Assembly (NCBI GenBank): GCA_050049875.1
Contig: JASFVL010000002.1
Location: forward strand, 1-62,103
Direction: 5' to 3'
Source of the DNA: Anaerolineales bacterium
GTDB lineage: Bacteria; Chloroflexota; Anaerolineae; Anaerolineales; UBA11858
Length of the DNA: 62,103 nucleotides
The notes under the pieces were generated by a model. That model made no database searches and was not told where the DNA came from. It worked only from the letters and a program-made list of their open reading frames with translations. Every line of letters starts with the position of its first letter. Positions within the stretch are counted from its first letter, which is position 1. The position numbers and the translations under genes are program-made. Of the stretch, positions 17,728 to 25,944 are shown one piece after another.

Positions 17728-18173
17728 TTATCCACTTGTCATTCTATATATATTAAATAGTAGTCTTAGTAGAGGTTGGGGATATGTGGACAAATCGATT
17801 CTCGGCCCTTGAGATACCCATGTGTGGGGGAGTGGGCAAAGGTGATGCGTATATGTTAGGGGGGATAGGATGCCGTTTCTCCCCACCCTAGGTGGGGAGA
17901 AATTGTGCAAGGTGCGGACAATTTATCCACAGTTTTTGACGATTCCAATATATGGAGCTTAAAAAAGAGGACCCCCCATATATGGGGGTAGTGCATTTGT
18001 TGGAACATAGAACAAAAATGAGAGTTTTCCCCAGTTTGGGCTAGTTATCCACATATTTTCGCAAGTTATCCACAGGACAGAGCTTCTCGCAGAACATCCA
18101 TGTCACGAGAATACCCCTAATTGTGGGTTTGAAGTTCGCCGATGGCAGCCTGTTTCTGATTGACAAATCCACA
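17728..18173. promoter_or_regulatory. DnaA-box cluster (candidate oriC or DnaA-binding locus)
   Basis: Perfect TTATCCACA at 17923-17931, 18045-18053 and 18066-18074. TTATCCACt at 17728-17736, TTgTCCACA on the opposite strand at 17785-17793, and aaATCCACA at 18165-18173. AT-rich tract at 17741-17760. Confidence 0.55.
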
Positions 18174-18201
18174 GGTTAATGATATTCTATTACTAGAATA
18201 T
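18160..18201 (+). promoter_or_regulatory. Candidate padR promoter with overlapping 20-bp palindrome
   Basis: TTGACA (18160-18165), 17-nt spacer, TATTCT (18183-18188). Palindrome ATATTCTA-TTAC-TAGAATAT at 18182-18201. Confidence 0.4.
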
Positions 18202-18221
18202 TATAGTTAAAGGATATATGT

Positions 18222-18755
18222 GTGACGAATGCGGAACTGGCGGTTCTTGGCTTGGTTGCGGAGCAGCCTCGCCATGGCTATGAAATCGAGCAAGTCATTG
18301 CAGAGCGCGGCATGCGCGATTGGACGGAGGTGGGCTTCTCTTCCATATACTACCTGCTCAACAAGTTGGAAGAGGATGGGCTGGTGGAGAGCGAGCTTGA
18401 GAAAGCGGAGGGCCGCGGCCCTGCTCGTAAGGTGTACCACCTGACGCAAAAGGGCTGGCAAGCGCAAATCGAGGCCACGCTGGAGGCCCTCTCAACGCCC
18501 CAGCGGGGTCCGGTCCCTTTCCTCTTGGGCTTGTCCAACCTGCCCATCGTCCCCCGGGAGGGGGCTTTGGAAGCCCTGGACGCCCACATGGGACAGTTGG
18601 AGGAGCGCTGGCAGCACCTGGTGAAGCGGGTCGAAGAGCAGCGTCCCTTGCCGCCCTTTGTGGAAGCGATGTTTGACTACAGTCTGACGCTGGTTGAGGC
18701 TGAACTTAATTGGATGCGCAAATTCAAACGTGAAATGGAGGCTGGATATGTCTAA
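18222..18755 (+). CDS. PadR family transcriptional regulator
   Basis: 177 aa with GTG start. Begins ELAVLGLVAEQPRHGYEIEQVI..SSIYYLLNKLEEDGLVE. Confidence 0.9.
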   Translation: MTNAELAVLGLVAEQPRHGYEIEQVIAERGMRDWTEVGFSSIYYLLNKLEEDGLVESELEKAEGRGPARKVYHLTQKGWQAQIEATLEALSTPQRGPVPFLLGLSNLPIVPREGALEALDAHMGQLEERWQHLVKRVEEQRPLPPFVEAMFDYSLTLVEAELNWMRKFKREMEAGYV

Positions 18756-19365
18756 ATTTAATTTCAAGAAGGAAATGAAACCGTTGTACAACCCTCCTAA
18801 GGGCAAGTTCACCATGGTGGAGGTGCCGGAGATGAACTTCCTGATGGGCGATGGGGCTGGCGATCCCAACGACAATCCCCAGTTTCAGGCGATCACCGAA
18901 GCCCTGTATGGGTTGGCTTACACGATCAAATTCAAGTGCAAAGCGATGGAAAAGGACTTCGTCGTCCCGCCGCTGCAAGGTCTGTGGTGGATGGAGAACA
19001 TGGAGGAGTTCAGCCAGGAGCGCAAGGATGAGTGGCTGTGGACTTTGATGATCGCCATGCCCCCATGGGTTACCCCCGAGATGGTGGAAGAGTCGCGCCA
19101 AGAGGTGGCGCAAAAGAAAGACCTGCCCGCCTTACCCCAACTGCGCTTTGAGGGCTACCAGGAGGGGCTGTCCGTGCAGATCATGTACCTGGGAGCCTAC
19201 GCCGACGAGGGTCCAACCATCGCCGCTATGCACGATTTCATCGCGCAAGAGGGTTATGTCACCAACGGTAAGCACCACGAGATCTATTTGGGGGACCCGC
19301 GGCGCAACCCACCGGAGAAGCTCAAGACCGTCATCCGCCAACCGGTTAGCCCCACTTTCTCCTAG
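18748..19365 (+). CDS. GyrI-like small-molecule-binding domain protein
   Basis: Trimmed to ATG 18748, which overlaps the padR stop by 8 nt (translational coupling). Motifs FNFKKEMKPLYNP..MVEVPEMNFL and HHEIYLGDPRR. Confidence 0.8.
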   Translation: MSKFNFKKEMKPLYNPPKGKFTMVEVPEMNFLMGDGAGDPNDNPQFQAITEALYGLAYTIKFKCKAMEKDFVVPPLQGLWWMENMEEFSQERKDEWLWTLMIAMPPWVTPEMVEESRQEVAQKKDLPALPQLRFEGYQEGLSVQIMYLGAYADEGPTIAAMHDFIAQEGYVTNGKHHEIYLGDPRRNPPEKLKTVIRQPVSPTFS

Positions 19366-19398
19366 GCGTGGGAGAAAAGGGGGTTGGGGGGATATGAA
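19352..19398. repeat. Inverted copy of the 7572-7619 hairpin repeat
   Basis: CCACTTTCTCCTAGGCGTGGGAGAAAAGGGGGTTGGGGGGATATGA. Overlaps the last codons of the GyrI-like gene. Confidence 0.6.
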
Positions 19399-19446
19399 GG
19401 CGAGCGCCCCAGCATCTTAAAGTACAGTTTTCCTCATTAAAACCTC

Positions 19447-19475
19447 TTGACAAGCGGGGTGTGTTAGATTATAAT
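19447..19475 (+). promoter_or_regulatory. Consensus sigma70-type promoter
   Basis: TTGACA (19447-19452), exactly 17 nt, TATAAT (19470-19475). Confidence 0.65.
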
Positions 19476-19529
19476 CTAATTAGATAAACATCTAACTTAG
19501 ATGATTGTCTTGTTTAGATAAGTGTCTAA
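19464..19529. promoter_or_regulatory. Four tandem 16-bp palindromic operator candidates TTAGAT-N4-ATCTAA
   Basis: Perfect sites at 19464-19479 (overlapping the -10) and 19480-19495. A degenerate site at 19497-19512. TTAGAT-AAGT-gTCTAA at 19514-19529. Period is 16-17 bp. Confidence 0.6.
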
Positions 19530-19619
19530 TGGTATCAAGAGCATCAATTTCTAGTGTAGTTATAGAGCGAAACGAGCGGACCAATTGTCATAGCTCTATC
19601 CTCATTGAAGGAGGCTGAG

Positions 19620-19844
19620 ATGTTATTTCATGATCTGAACTTGGCTAAGGCAATTCAAGAGCAAAGATTACAATCCCTTCCCGATAATCCAGGTGCTGGA
19701 CCTTCGTTTGACGACGAACTCACCATACGCGAAAGAGTCCTATTGAGGGTCAGCGATCTACTGATCACCGCAGGTAACAGCTTGAGAAAGAGCGTTCAGC
19801 CCCAAACCTGTGTATCCGTGCACCTCTCTTACGGAAAGCGCTAA
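19620..19844 (+). CDS. Small hypothetical protein (74 aa), first gene of the ArsR-like operon
   Basis: ATG 19620 lies 6 nt after AAGGAGG. The stop TAA abuts ATG 19845 of the next gene. No recognisable domain. Confidence 0.45.
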   Translation: MLFHDLNLAKAIQEQRLQSLPDNPGAGPSFDDELTIRERVLLRVSDLLITAGNSLRKSVQPQTCVSVHLSYGKR

Positions 19845-20930
19845 ATGGATACGCCGAAGATTACCTGGGAATGGGGTACAGCTTACGATCTATTTGCCAG
19901 CCTACACGTATTGCACGAACCGGACAGCTTTGGGTTGCGCGCCTCCTGGGCGGCAGGGGTGCGCTCCCGGCTGCCCTCCGAAGAGCGGGAACTCCTGGAA
20001 GCTACCAAAAACTTAGTTTTCATCCCGCTCCATTGGATCCACGACCTTCCCGACCCGAAGGACAGCACCACCGCGCTGTGGGCTCTGGCGCAGATCCCCC
20101 GGGAAGAGCGCTTGGCGGCCTTAACCTGCTGCCCGGATATGCCCAGTAAGAGTGATGACATCTTTCAAACGGTGGCAGCCAAGGGGTCCTGGGACTCCCA
20201 GGATCTGGAGGCTCTCCAGGCGCAGTACAAAGCGAAGTACAAAGAGAAAGGGAAATCAACCAAAACTAAGGAATTAACGTCCATTCTGGACTTATGGGCT
20301 CAACCGGGGGAGTTTGGGGAGCGCTACTTAAACGCCCTGCGCGCTTATCATCAGGCTTTCTTCGCCGAGGAGGAGAAACGCATCACCCCGGCTTTGAAGA
20401 CTGCACTCAACAGGGCGCAGGAACTTGCAGAGCGCTTGAGCTTTGAGGATTTAGTCGAAGAATTATCCCAAGGGCTGCGCCTTGAAGCGGAAATGAAGTT
20501 CAAAAAGATGATCTTCGCCCCCTCTTACTGGATCACGCCGCTGGTCGTTTGGGATCGTATTGCTGAGGACGAGGGCCTGTTTTTGTTCGGGGCGCGACCG
20601 GATGACGCTTCTCTGGTACCTGGCGAGGTCGTGCCAGACAGCTTGCTGCGGATGCTTAAAGCGCTCGCCGATCCCACCCGTTTGAAGATACTGCGCTATC
20701 TGGTCGAAGACAGCCTCACCCCAGCAGAACTCGCCCGTCGCCTCAGGCTGCGCGCTCCCACAGTGACCCACCACCTAAAAACACTGCGTCTGGCTGGACT
20801 GGTTCACATCACCTTTGAGGAAAGAGGCGAGAGGCTCTACGCCAGTCGTTTGAGCGCGGTGAGCGGCATGTGCGAGAGCTTATACAAGTATATAGGGGCG
20901 GATGTTGAGGCTATTGTAGGGGAAAAATGA
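19845..20930 (+). CDS. ArsR-type winged-helix regulator with large N-terminal domain of unknown function (DUF5937-like arrangement)
   Basis: 361 aa. C-terminal LKALADPTRLKILRYLVEDSLTPAELARRLRLRAPTVTHHLKTLRLAGLV is an ArsR/SmtB HTH. The first ~260 aa are not recognised. The stop overlaps the next start (ATGA). Confidence 0.8.
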   Translation: MDTPKITWEWGTAYDLFASLHVLHEPDSFGLRASWAAGVRSRLPSEERELLEATKNLVFIPLHWIHDLPDPKDSTTALWALAQIPREERLAALTCCPDMPSKSDDIFQTVAAKGSWDSQDLEALQAQYKAKYKEKGKSTKTKELTSILDLWAQPGEFGERYLNALRAYHQAFFAEEEKRITPALKTALNRAQELAERLSFEDLVEELSQGLRLEAEMKFKKMIFAPSYWITPLVVWDRIAEDEGLFLFGARPDDASLVPGEVVPDSLLRMLKALADPTRLKILRYLVEDSLTPAELARRLRLRAPTVTHHLKTLRLAGLVHITFEERGERLYASRLSAVSGMCESLYKYIGADVEAIVGEK

Positions 20931-22204
20931 AGCCTAACTTGTTCTCCTCAGCTACCCAGGTGGCGGGAGATTACGCCCATAAGGTGCGGAGCTTCCGTCC
21001 CAACGCGCGTTTGTATTTAATCAACGTGCTAATCTCCGGTGTCTCCATCGGGGTGTTCCGACTGTTATTCAATTTCTACGTACTCAGTTTGGGCTTCGAT
21101 GAGGCTTTGCTGGGTAAGCTGATTACCACCAGCAGTCTGACCGCACTGATCGTGGCTCTGCCGGTCGGGTACGTATCCGATCTGCTGGGCCGCAAGCGGG
21201 CGCTCATCCTGGGGGGCGCGCTGACGGGTTTTGCCACCTTGGGCATGGTGCTGTGGCCCAGCGAGCCGGTATTTTACGCCATGAACGTGCTCTCGGGCTT
21301 GGCTCAGAGCCTATGGAGCATCACCATGGGTCCGTTTATTATGGAAAACAGCGGCGACGAGGAGCGCACCTACTTGTTCAGCTTTGGCTTTGGCCTACAG
21401 ATGCTTTCTGGTTTTGCCGGCAACTGGATCGGCGGCTACTTGCCCACCTGGATGGGGAATTGGCAAGGTGTCTCCGCCGGTGACAGCCTCGCCTACGCCT
21501 GGTCGCTGGCCGCAGTCTCGGCCACTTTCACCCTCGGCCTGATCCCGCTATTGGCGCTGCGCCGCCAGCGGAATCCGGGGGAGGAGCGCTCGATTTTCGC
21601 TCCCTTGACTTACGCTGCAGAGCACCCCAAGATGCTCGGCAAGTTGGTTACCCCCATGCTGGTCACATCGATTGGTGCCGGCCTGATCATGCCTTTCATG
21701 AATGTGTTTTTCCGCGTCGTACACAACCAGCCGGACCCGGTGATCGGTTCGCTGTTCGCCTGGGGGTCTTTAGCCATGGGGCTGGGTTTGCTGGCAGCTC
21801 CGGCATTGGCTGACCGCACCGGCAAGATCCAAGTCGTGGTCGTCACCCAGGCTCTCTCTGTCCCCTTCTTGATCTTATTGGGGTTCGCTCCTTGGTTCTG
21901 GTTGAGCGCGGCAGCTTACTACGTGCGCCTAACCCTGATGAACATGAGCAACCCGGTTTATCAGACCTTTGTTATGGAGCAGGTCGAGCCGGAGGCGCGC
22001 GCCACGGTGGCCAGCCTGGTGAGTATGGCCTGGAGCTTTGGGTGGGCTTTTAGCCCCACGATCAGCGGGAGCTTGCAGGTGAGCTACGGGTTTGGCCCCC
22101 CTTTTCTGGGGACGATCACCCTGTACGTGATCGCCATCACGCTGTATTGGGCGTTTTTCTGGCGGGGGCGCCGCGAGGTTGTCCCTGCACCGGTGGGGGA
22201 CTGA
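20927..22204 (+). CDS. MFS transporter (paralog 1)
   Basis: 425 aa, about 12 predicted TM helices. Shares long identical blocks with the next gene (FRLLFNFYVLSLG, EALLGKLITTS, YYVRLTLMNMSNP). Confidence 0.88.
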   Translation: MKPNLFSSATQVAGDYAHKVRSFRPNARLYLINVLISGVSIGVFRLLFNFYVLSLGFDEALLGKLITTSSLTALIVALPVGYVSDLLGRKRALILGGALTGFATLGMVLWPSEPVFYAMNVLSGLAQSLWSITMGPFIMENSGDEERTYLFSFGFGLQMLSGFAGNWIGGYLPTWMGNWQGVSAGDSLAYAWSLAAVSATFTLGLIPLLALRRQRNPGEERSIFAPLTYAAEHPKMLGKLVTPMLVTSIGAGLIMPFMNVFFRVVHNQPDPVIGSLFAWGSLAMGLGLLAAPALADRTGKIQVVVVTQALSVPFLILLGFAPWFWLSAAAYYVRLTLMNMSNPVYQTFVMEQVEPEARATVASLVSMAWSFGWAFSPTISGSLQVSYGFGPPFLGTITLYVIAITLYWAFFWRGRREVVPAPVGD

Positions 22205-22219
22205 TACAATAACATTCTT

Positions 22220-23515
22220 ATGATCCTAGACCTAGTCTCGGCATTGCGGAGGACTTTGCGCGTTTACACTGCGCGGGTCGGCGCCTTCAGCCGCAACGCG
22301 CGTCTGTACTTGCTCAGTGTGCTGGTCACCGGGGCGACGATGGGGGTTTTTCGCCTGTTGTTCAATTTTTACGTGCTCAGTTTGGGATATGACGAAGCGC
22401 TGCTGGGCAAGCTGATCACCACCAGCCAGCTCACCGGTTTGCTGCTCTCCCTACCGATGGGATATCTGGTGGACCTGGGTGGACGCAAGGGGGCGTTGAT
22501 GGTGAGGAGTGCACTCTTGAGCGTGGCTGTAGTGGCCATGGCGTTGTGGCCCTCAGTGGCTGTGTTTTATGCCATGAACGCGCTATTCGGCGTCTCGCGC
22601 AGCTTGTCTGCGGTGGCGATGGCGCCCTTCCTGATGGAGAACAGCGGGGAGGAGGAGCGCACCTACCTGTTCAGTTTCAGTTCCGGGCTGCAGATGGGCT
22701 CGGTTTTCGTCGGTAACTGGGTGGGCGGATACCTCCCCACTTGGGTTGCCCGTCTCCAAAGCGTGGAACCCACCAGCAGCATGGCTTATGGAGGCGCTTT
22801 GCTGGCTATCGGGAGTGCAGCCATTTTGGGGCTCGTGCCTTTGATGATGCTGCGCACAACGGGATCCAAAGGGTTAAAGAAAATCCAAGAAGGGGATGGT
22901 TTTGCCCCCTTCAAGTACGCCCTGGAGAACCCAAAACTGCTCACCAGGCTGCTGCTGCCCTCGCTAATCATATCCATCGGGGCAGGTTTGTTCATGCCCT
23001 TCATGAACGTGTTCTTCCGCGTGGTCCACCAGCAGTCCGACCAGGTCATCGGCACGCTATTCGCCTGGGGCTCGCTGGCTATGGGGGTTGGGTTGTTGAT
23101 TGCCCCACCCATCGCTGACCGGATCGGCAAAATCAAACTGGTGGTGGCGTCCCAAGGGCTGGCGATCCCCTTCATGATGGTGTTGGGCTTTGCGCCCACC
23201 TTCTGGATGAGCGCGGCGGCCTATTATGTGCGCCTGACCTTGATGAACATGAGCAACCCGATATACCAGACCTTCGTCATGGAGCAAGTGGGCGCATCGG
23301 CGCGCGCCACGGTAGCCAGTTTGGTGAGCATGGTGTGGAGTTTTGGCCGCGCCCTCAGCCCCTCCATTAGCGGGGCTCTGCAGGTTAAATATGGGTTCGG
23401 TCCGCCCTTCGCGGCGGCTATTGTTCTTTACGCGCTTGCGGTGACCTCTTATTGGGTCTTCTTCCTGCGCCGTGGTGAGAGAGTCAAGGGCACGCTGTCG
23501 GTGCCTGGGGATTGA
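22220..23515 (+). CDS. MFS transporter (paralog 2)
   Basis: 431 aa. Tandem paralog of 20927-22204. Confidence 0.88.
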   Translation: MILDLVSALRRTLRVYTARVGAFSRNARLYLLSVLVTGATMGVFRLLFNFYVLSLGYDEALLGKLITTSQLTGLLLSLPMGYLVDLGGRKGALMVRSALLSVAVVAMALWPSVAVFYAMNALFGVSRSLSAVAMAPFLMENSGEEERTYLFSFSSGLQMGSVFVGNWVGGYLPTWVARLQSVEPTSSMAYGGALLAIGSAAILGLVPLMMLRTTGSKGLKKIQEGDGFAPFKYALENPKLLTRLLLPSLIISIGAGLFMPFMNVFFRVVHQQSDQVIGTLFAWGSLAMGVGLLIAPPIADRIGKIKLVVASQGLAIPFMMVLGFAPTFWMSAAAYYVRLTLMNMSNPIYQTFVMEQVGASARATVASLVSMVWSFGRALSPSISGALQVKYGFGPPFAAAIVLYALAVTSYWVFFLRRGERVKGTLSVPGD

Positions 23516-23561
23516 TTAGGGCGTCGCTGTTAACGGGCGCCTACTCAGCACACATTCCCCC

Positions 23562-24062
23562 CTATTCTACAGGCTCGCTGATTCGTGAGGCGATGCTGCG
23601 GTCCAGCTTTTCAAGGCGCGCCACGGTTCTTCGAAACCAGGTGGCAGTTTTAGGATCCATTTTGGATGCGGTTCTGGCTTGCCGGCAGCGGATTTTGAGG
23701 CTCAAGTTCTCCCGGTAAGACATTTTCGCCACGCCCAAGCGCAGTTTGAACTTGACCTCCATGTTGACCAGCGTGTCCCCCGTCTGAAATAGCCGGTTGA
23801 CCTGGTCGAAAAACACGCTCTTATATTTATCCCAGCGGTCCGAGACCGGGGGCAGCAGGTGCTCTTTTAATTTCAGATTGAGGTGAGGATAAGCGCTTGC
23901 TGAGCCGGGGCGGCGGTCGCTGTGCCCTTCACAAATGCTGATCAGGTCGAAACACCCCAGTTTATTGAGCCTATCTAGCCATTCGTCCGCTAGGTTCTTA
24001 TCGATGCAGTGGCCTTCCCACAGCCTTTCGTATTCTTTGCAGGGCGGTTTGGTTGCGTTCAT
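23562..24062 (-). CDS. Hypothetical protein
   Basis: 166-aa ORF with codon-like composition. Contains CFDLISICEGHSDRRPG. I recognise no family. Confidence 0.5.
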   Translation of the reverse strand: MNATKPPCKEYERLWEGHCIDKNLADEWLDRLNKLGCFDLISICEGHSDRRPGSASAYPHLNLKLKEHLLPPVSDRWDKYKSVFFDQVNRLFQTGDTLVNMEVKFKLRLGVAKMSYRENLSLKIRCRQARTASKMDPKTATWFRRTVARLEKLDRSIASRISEPVE

Positions 24063-24114
24063 AGGATTGAACGGGTGCCTGTCCCTTGAAGGCTGTATTT
24101 GAGAGAGGGGGCGC

Positions 24115-25374
24115 TCATTCAGGACCGATCACAGTGCCCGGGGGCAGTAGCGTGTTTTTGGGGATCACCACAATACCGTCACACACCGCCCAATCCTCTG
24201 CGTCGATGTCGGTGCCGCGCGGGTAGTTGCGCACGATCACCCCTGGCGCGATGCGAGCGTTTTTGTCGATAATCGCGCCAGCGATGTGCGCCCCTGCCCC
24301 GATACCGATGGGGATGCCCCCCTCCGGCGGGTTCTCAGGGCGCTCGTAGTAATCCGCGCCCATCAAGTAGGTATCGCGAACCGTGGCGCCCTCCTTGACT
24401 TGGCTGCGCAGTCCAATGACTGCGTTGGTGATCTCGGCGCGGCCGATATTGCAGCCGTCGGCCAGGAAGACATTCTCCAATTTTGCCCCCTCCACCATCG
24501 TGCCGGGCAGGAAGCGGGCGTGGGTGAAGATCGGTTTTTTGGGATCGTGGAACCTGAAGGGCGGGTTAGGGAAAGCCAGCCTCAAATTGGTGTCGTAGAA
24601 GGAGCGAATCGTGCCGATGTCCTCCCAGTAATCATCGAAATCGAAACCGTAAACCTTATGGGTGTGGATCGCTTTTGGGATGACCTCGCCGCCGAAATCA
24701 TCATCGCTAGTGCTTCTTAAAACGTCGACAAGAACATCGGTTTTAAACAAGTAAATGCCCATCGAGCCCAGATATGGGCGTTCGGGGTCATCCCGGCTGA
24801 TGAATTGAGCCTGTACGTCAGGGTCTGTGGGTTTTTCGACGAAATCGGAGATTGTCCCATCGTGCTCTCGTTTCAGCAAGCCGAAGCGGGGGGCCTGGTC
24901 TCGTGGGATGGGCTGCACAGCGACACTGATGTCGGCCTCCTGCTCCCAATGATAGCGGGCCATCTCCTCGTAATCCATGCGGTACAGGTGATCTCCGGCT
25001 AGAATCAGGGTGTAATCCGTGCGGGCGGAGCGGATTTCAAGCAGTTGCTTGCGCACCGCGTCGGCAGTGCCCTGGTACCAGGTGTGGCTGTGCAAGGTTT
25101 GTTCGGCGGCCCAAATCTGGACCCAGCCCTGGTGGAAGGGATCGAAGTTGTAGGTGCGGGTGATGTGGCGGTGCAGTGAGACCGAGTTGAACTGGGTCAG
25201 CACGGCGATGCGATAGATGCCGGAGTTGATGCAGTTGCTTATGGGGATGTCGATCAGGCGGTATTTTCCGGCAATGGGGACGGCGGGCTTAGCGCGGTCG
25301 CGCGTCAGCGGGTAGAGCCGCGTACCGCTGCCGCCCCCCATGATAACACCAAGGATGTCGTTGGTGGATGGCAT
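24115..25374 (-). CDS. glgC: Glucose-1-phosphate adenylyltransferase
   Basis: 419 aa. Begins GVIMGGGSGTRLYPLTRDRAKPAVPIAGKYRLIDIPISNCINSGI and has a C-terminal left-handed beta-helix region. Confidence 0.92.
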   Translation of the reverse strand: MPSTNDILGVIMGGGSGTRLYPLTRDRAKPAVPIAGKYRLIDIPISNCINSGIYRIAVLTQFNSVSLHRHITRTYNFDPFHQGWVQIWAAEQTLHSHTWYQGTADAVRKQLLEIRSARTDYTLILAGDHLYRMDYEEMARYHWEQEADISVAVQPIPRDQAPRFGLLKREHDGTISDFVEKPTDPDVQAQFISRDDPERPYLGSMGIYLFKTDVLVDVLRSTSDDDFGGEVIPKAIHTHKVYGFDFDDYWEDIGTIRSFYDTNLRLAFPNPPFRFHDPKKPIFTHARFLPGTMVEGAKLENVFLADGCNIGRAEITNAVIGLRSQVKEGATVRDTYLMGADYYERPENPPEGGIPIGIGAGAHIAGAIIDKNARIAPGVIVRNYPRGTDIDAEDWAVCDGIVVIPKNTLLPPGTVIGPE

Positions 25375-25541
25375 GGAATCCCTCCCGAGGATGGTCTAAT
25401 CTATTGGTTTAAATGTATCACATTTTCTTTTCAAGGCGGTATCCTATAACACTTTTTTTGATACTATCCCGATCTTTTTCTTTAAAATTTTGGGGTCATT
25501 TTTCGAACCCCCACCCCTCCCCCAAAACAATTTCAAATCTT

Positions 25542-25634
25542 TCCCCATTCCTAGGAGGGAGGGAAAAGTTGGGAGAGGATCCGAATAATACTACTGGGTG
25601 GCAAATCATTCAAAACTGTCCGGTGACAAGATAC
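25542..25634. repeat. Dispersed ~95-nt repeat, copy R1 (homolog at 33152-33246)
   Basis: TCCCCATTCCTAGGAGGGAGGGAAAAGTTGGGAGAGGATCCGAATAATACTACTGGGTGGCAAATCATTCAAAACTGTCCGGTGACAAG aligns by eye with 33152-33246. Confidence 0.55.
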
Positions 25635-25707
25635 TATCCCAAGGAGGTGGTGATAGGGAGTGTGGGGGCTTTCTAAGCAGTTGCAACCTTGACGATCGTC
25701 AAGCCCT

Positions 25708-25743
25708 CCCAAAACAGAACGAGCCTCCCACGACAGGGGAGGC
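25708..25743 (-). terminator. Intrinsic terminator downstream of tRNA-Leu
   Basis: Minus-strand hairpin GCCTCCC-CTGTCGT-GGGAGGC (25723-25743), followed by TCGTTCTGTTTT. Confidence 0.55.
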
Positions 25744-25784
25744 CTGTTATAATCAACCTGTTTGTTCGCATTTTCCCGTAAAAG

Positions 25785-25868
25785 TGCCGAAGGTGGGAGT
25801 CGAACCCACACGCCCGCAAGGGCATGGCATTTTGAGTGCCACGTGTCTGCCTGTTCCACCACTTCGGC
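25785..25868 (-). tRNA. tRNA-Leu (anticodon CAA)
   Basis: The reverse complement folds as a class II tRNA. Acceptor stem GCCGAAG/CTTCGGC, anticodon loop CTCAAAA, long variable arm, T-loop GGTTCGACTCC, discriminator A. No CCA is encoded. Confidence 0.9.
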
Positions 25869-25879
25869 GCTGTGGGCTA

Positions 25880-25907
25880 ATTTTACCAAAGATCATCTTC
25901 TGGTCAA
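25880..25907 (-). promoter_or_regulatory. Candidate promoter of tRNA-Leu
   Basis: Minus strand reads TTGACC (25907-25902), 16 nt, TAAAAT (25885-25880). The -10 ends 11 nt before the tRNA 5' end. Confidence 0.5.
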
Positions 25908-25944
25908 GATGGATACCGTTGGGAAGGTATATGGAGGCCAAAGC

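Noticed and set aside
18165-18173. Sixth DnaA-like box aaATCCACA
   Set aside because: It matches only 7/9 positions and lies inside the spacer of the predicted padR promoter. It may be coincidental and is not used as core evidence for the origin hypothesis.
25762-25944. N-terminal 61 codons of track ORF 25762-26520
   Set aside because: This extension would run across tRNA-Leu on the opposite strand. A GGAGG RBS followed by ATG at 25945 gives a normal-length GNAT protein.
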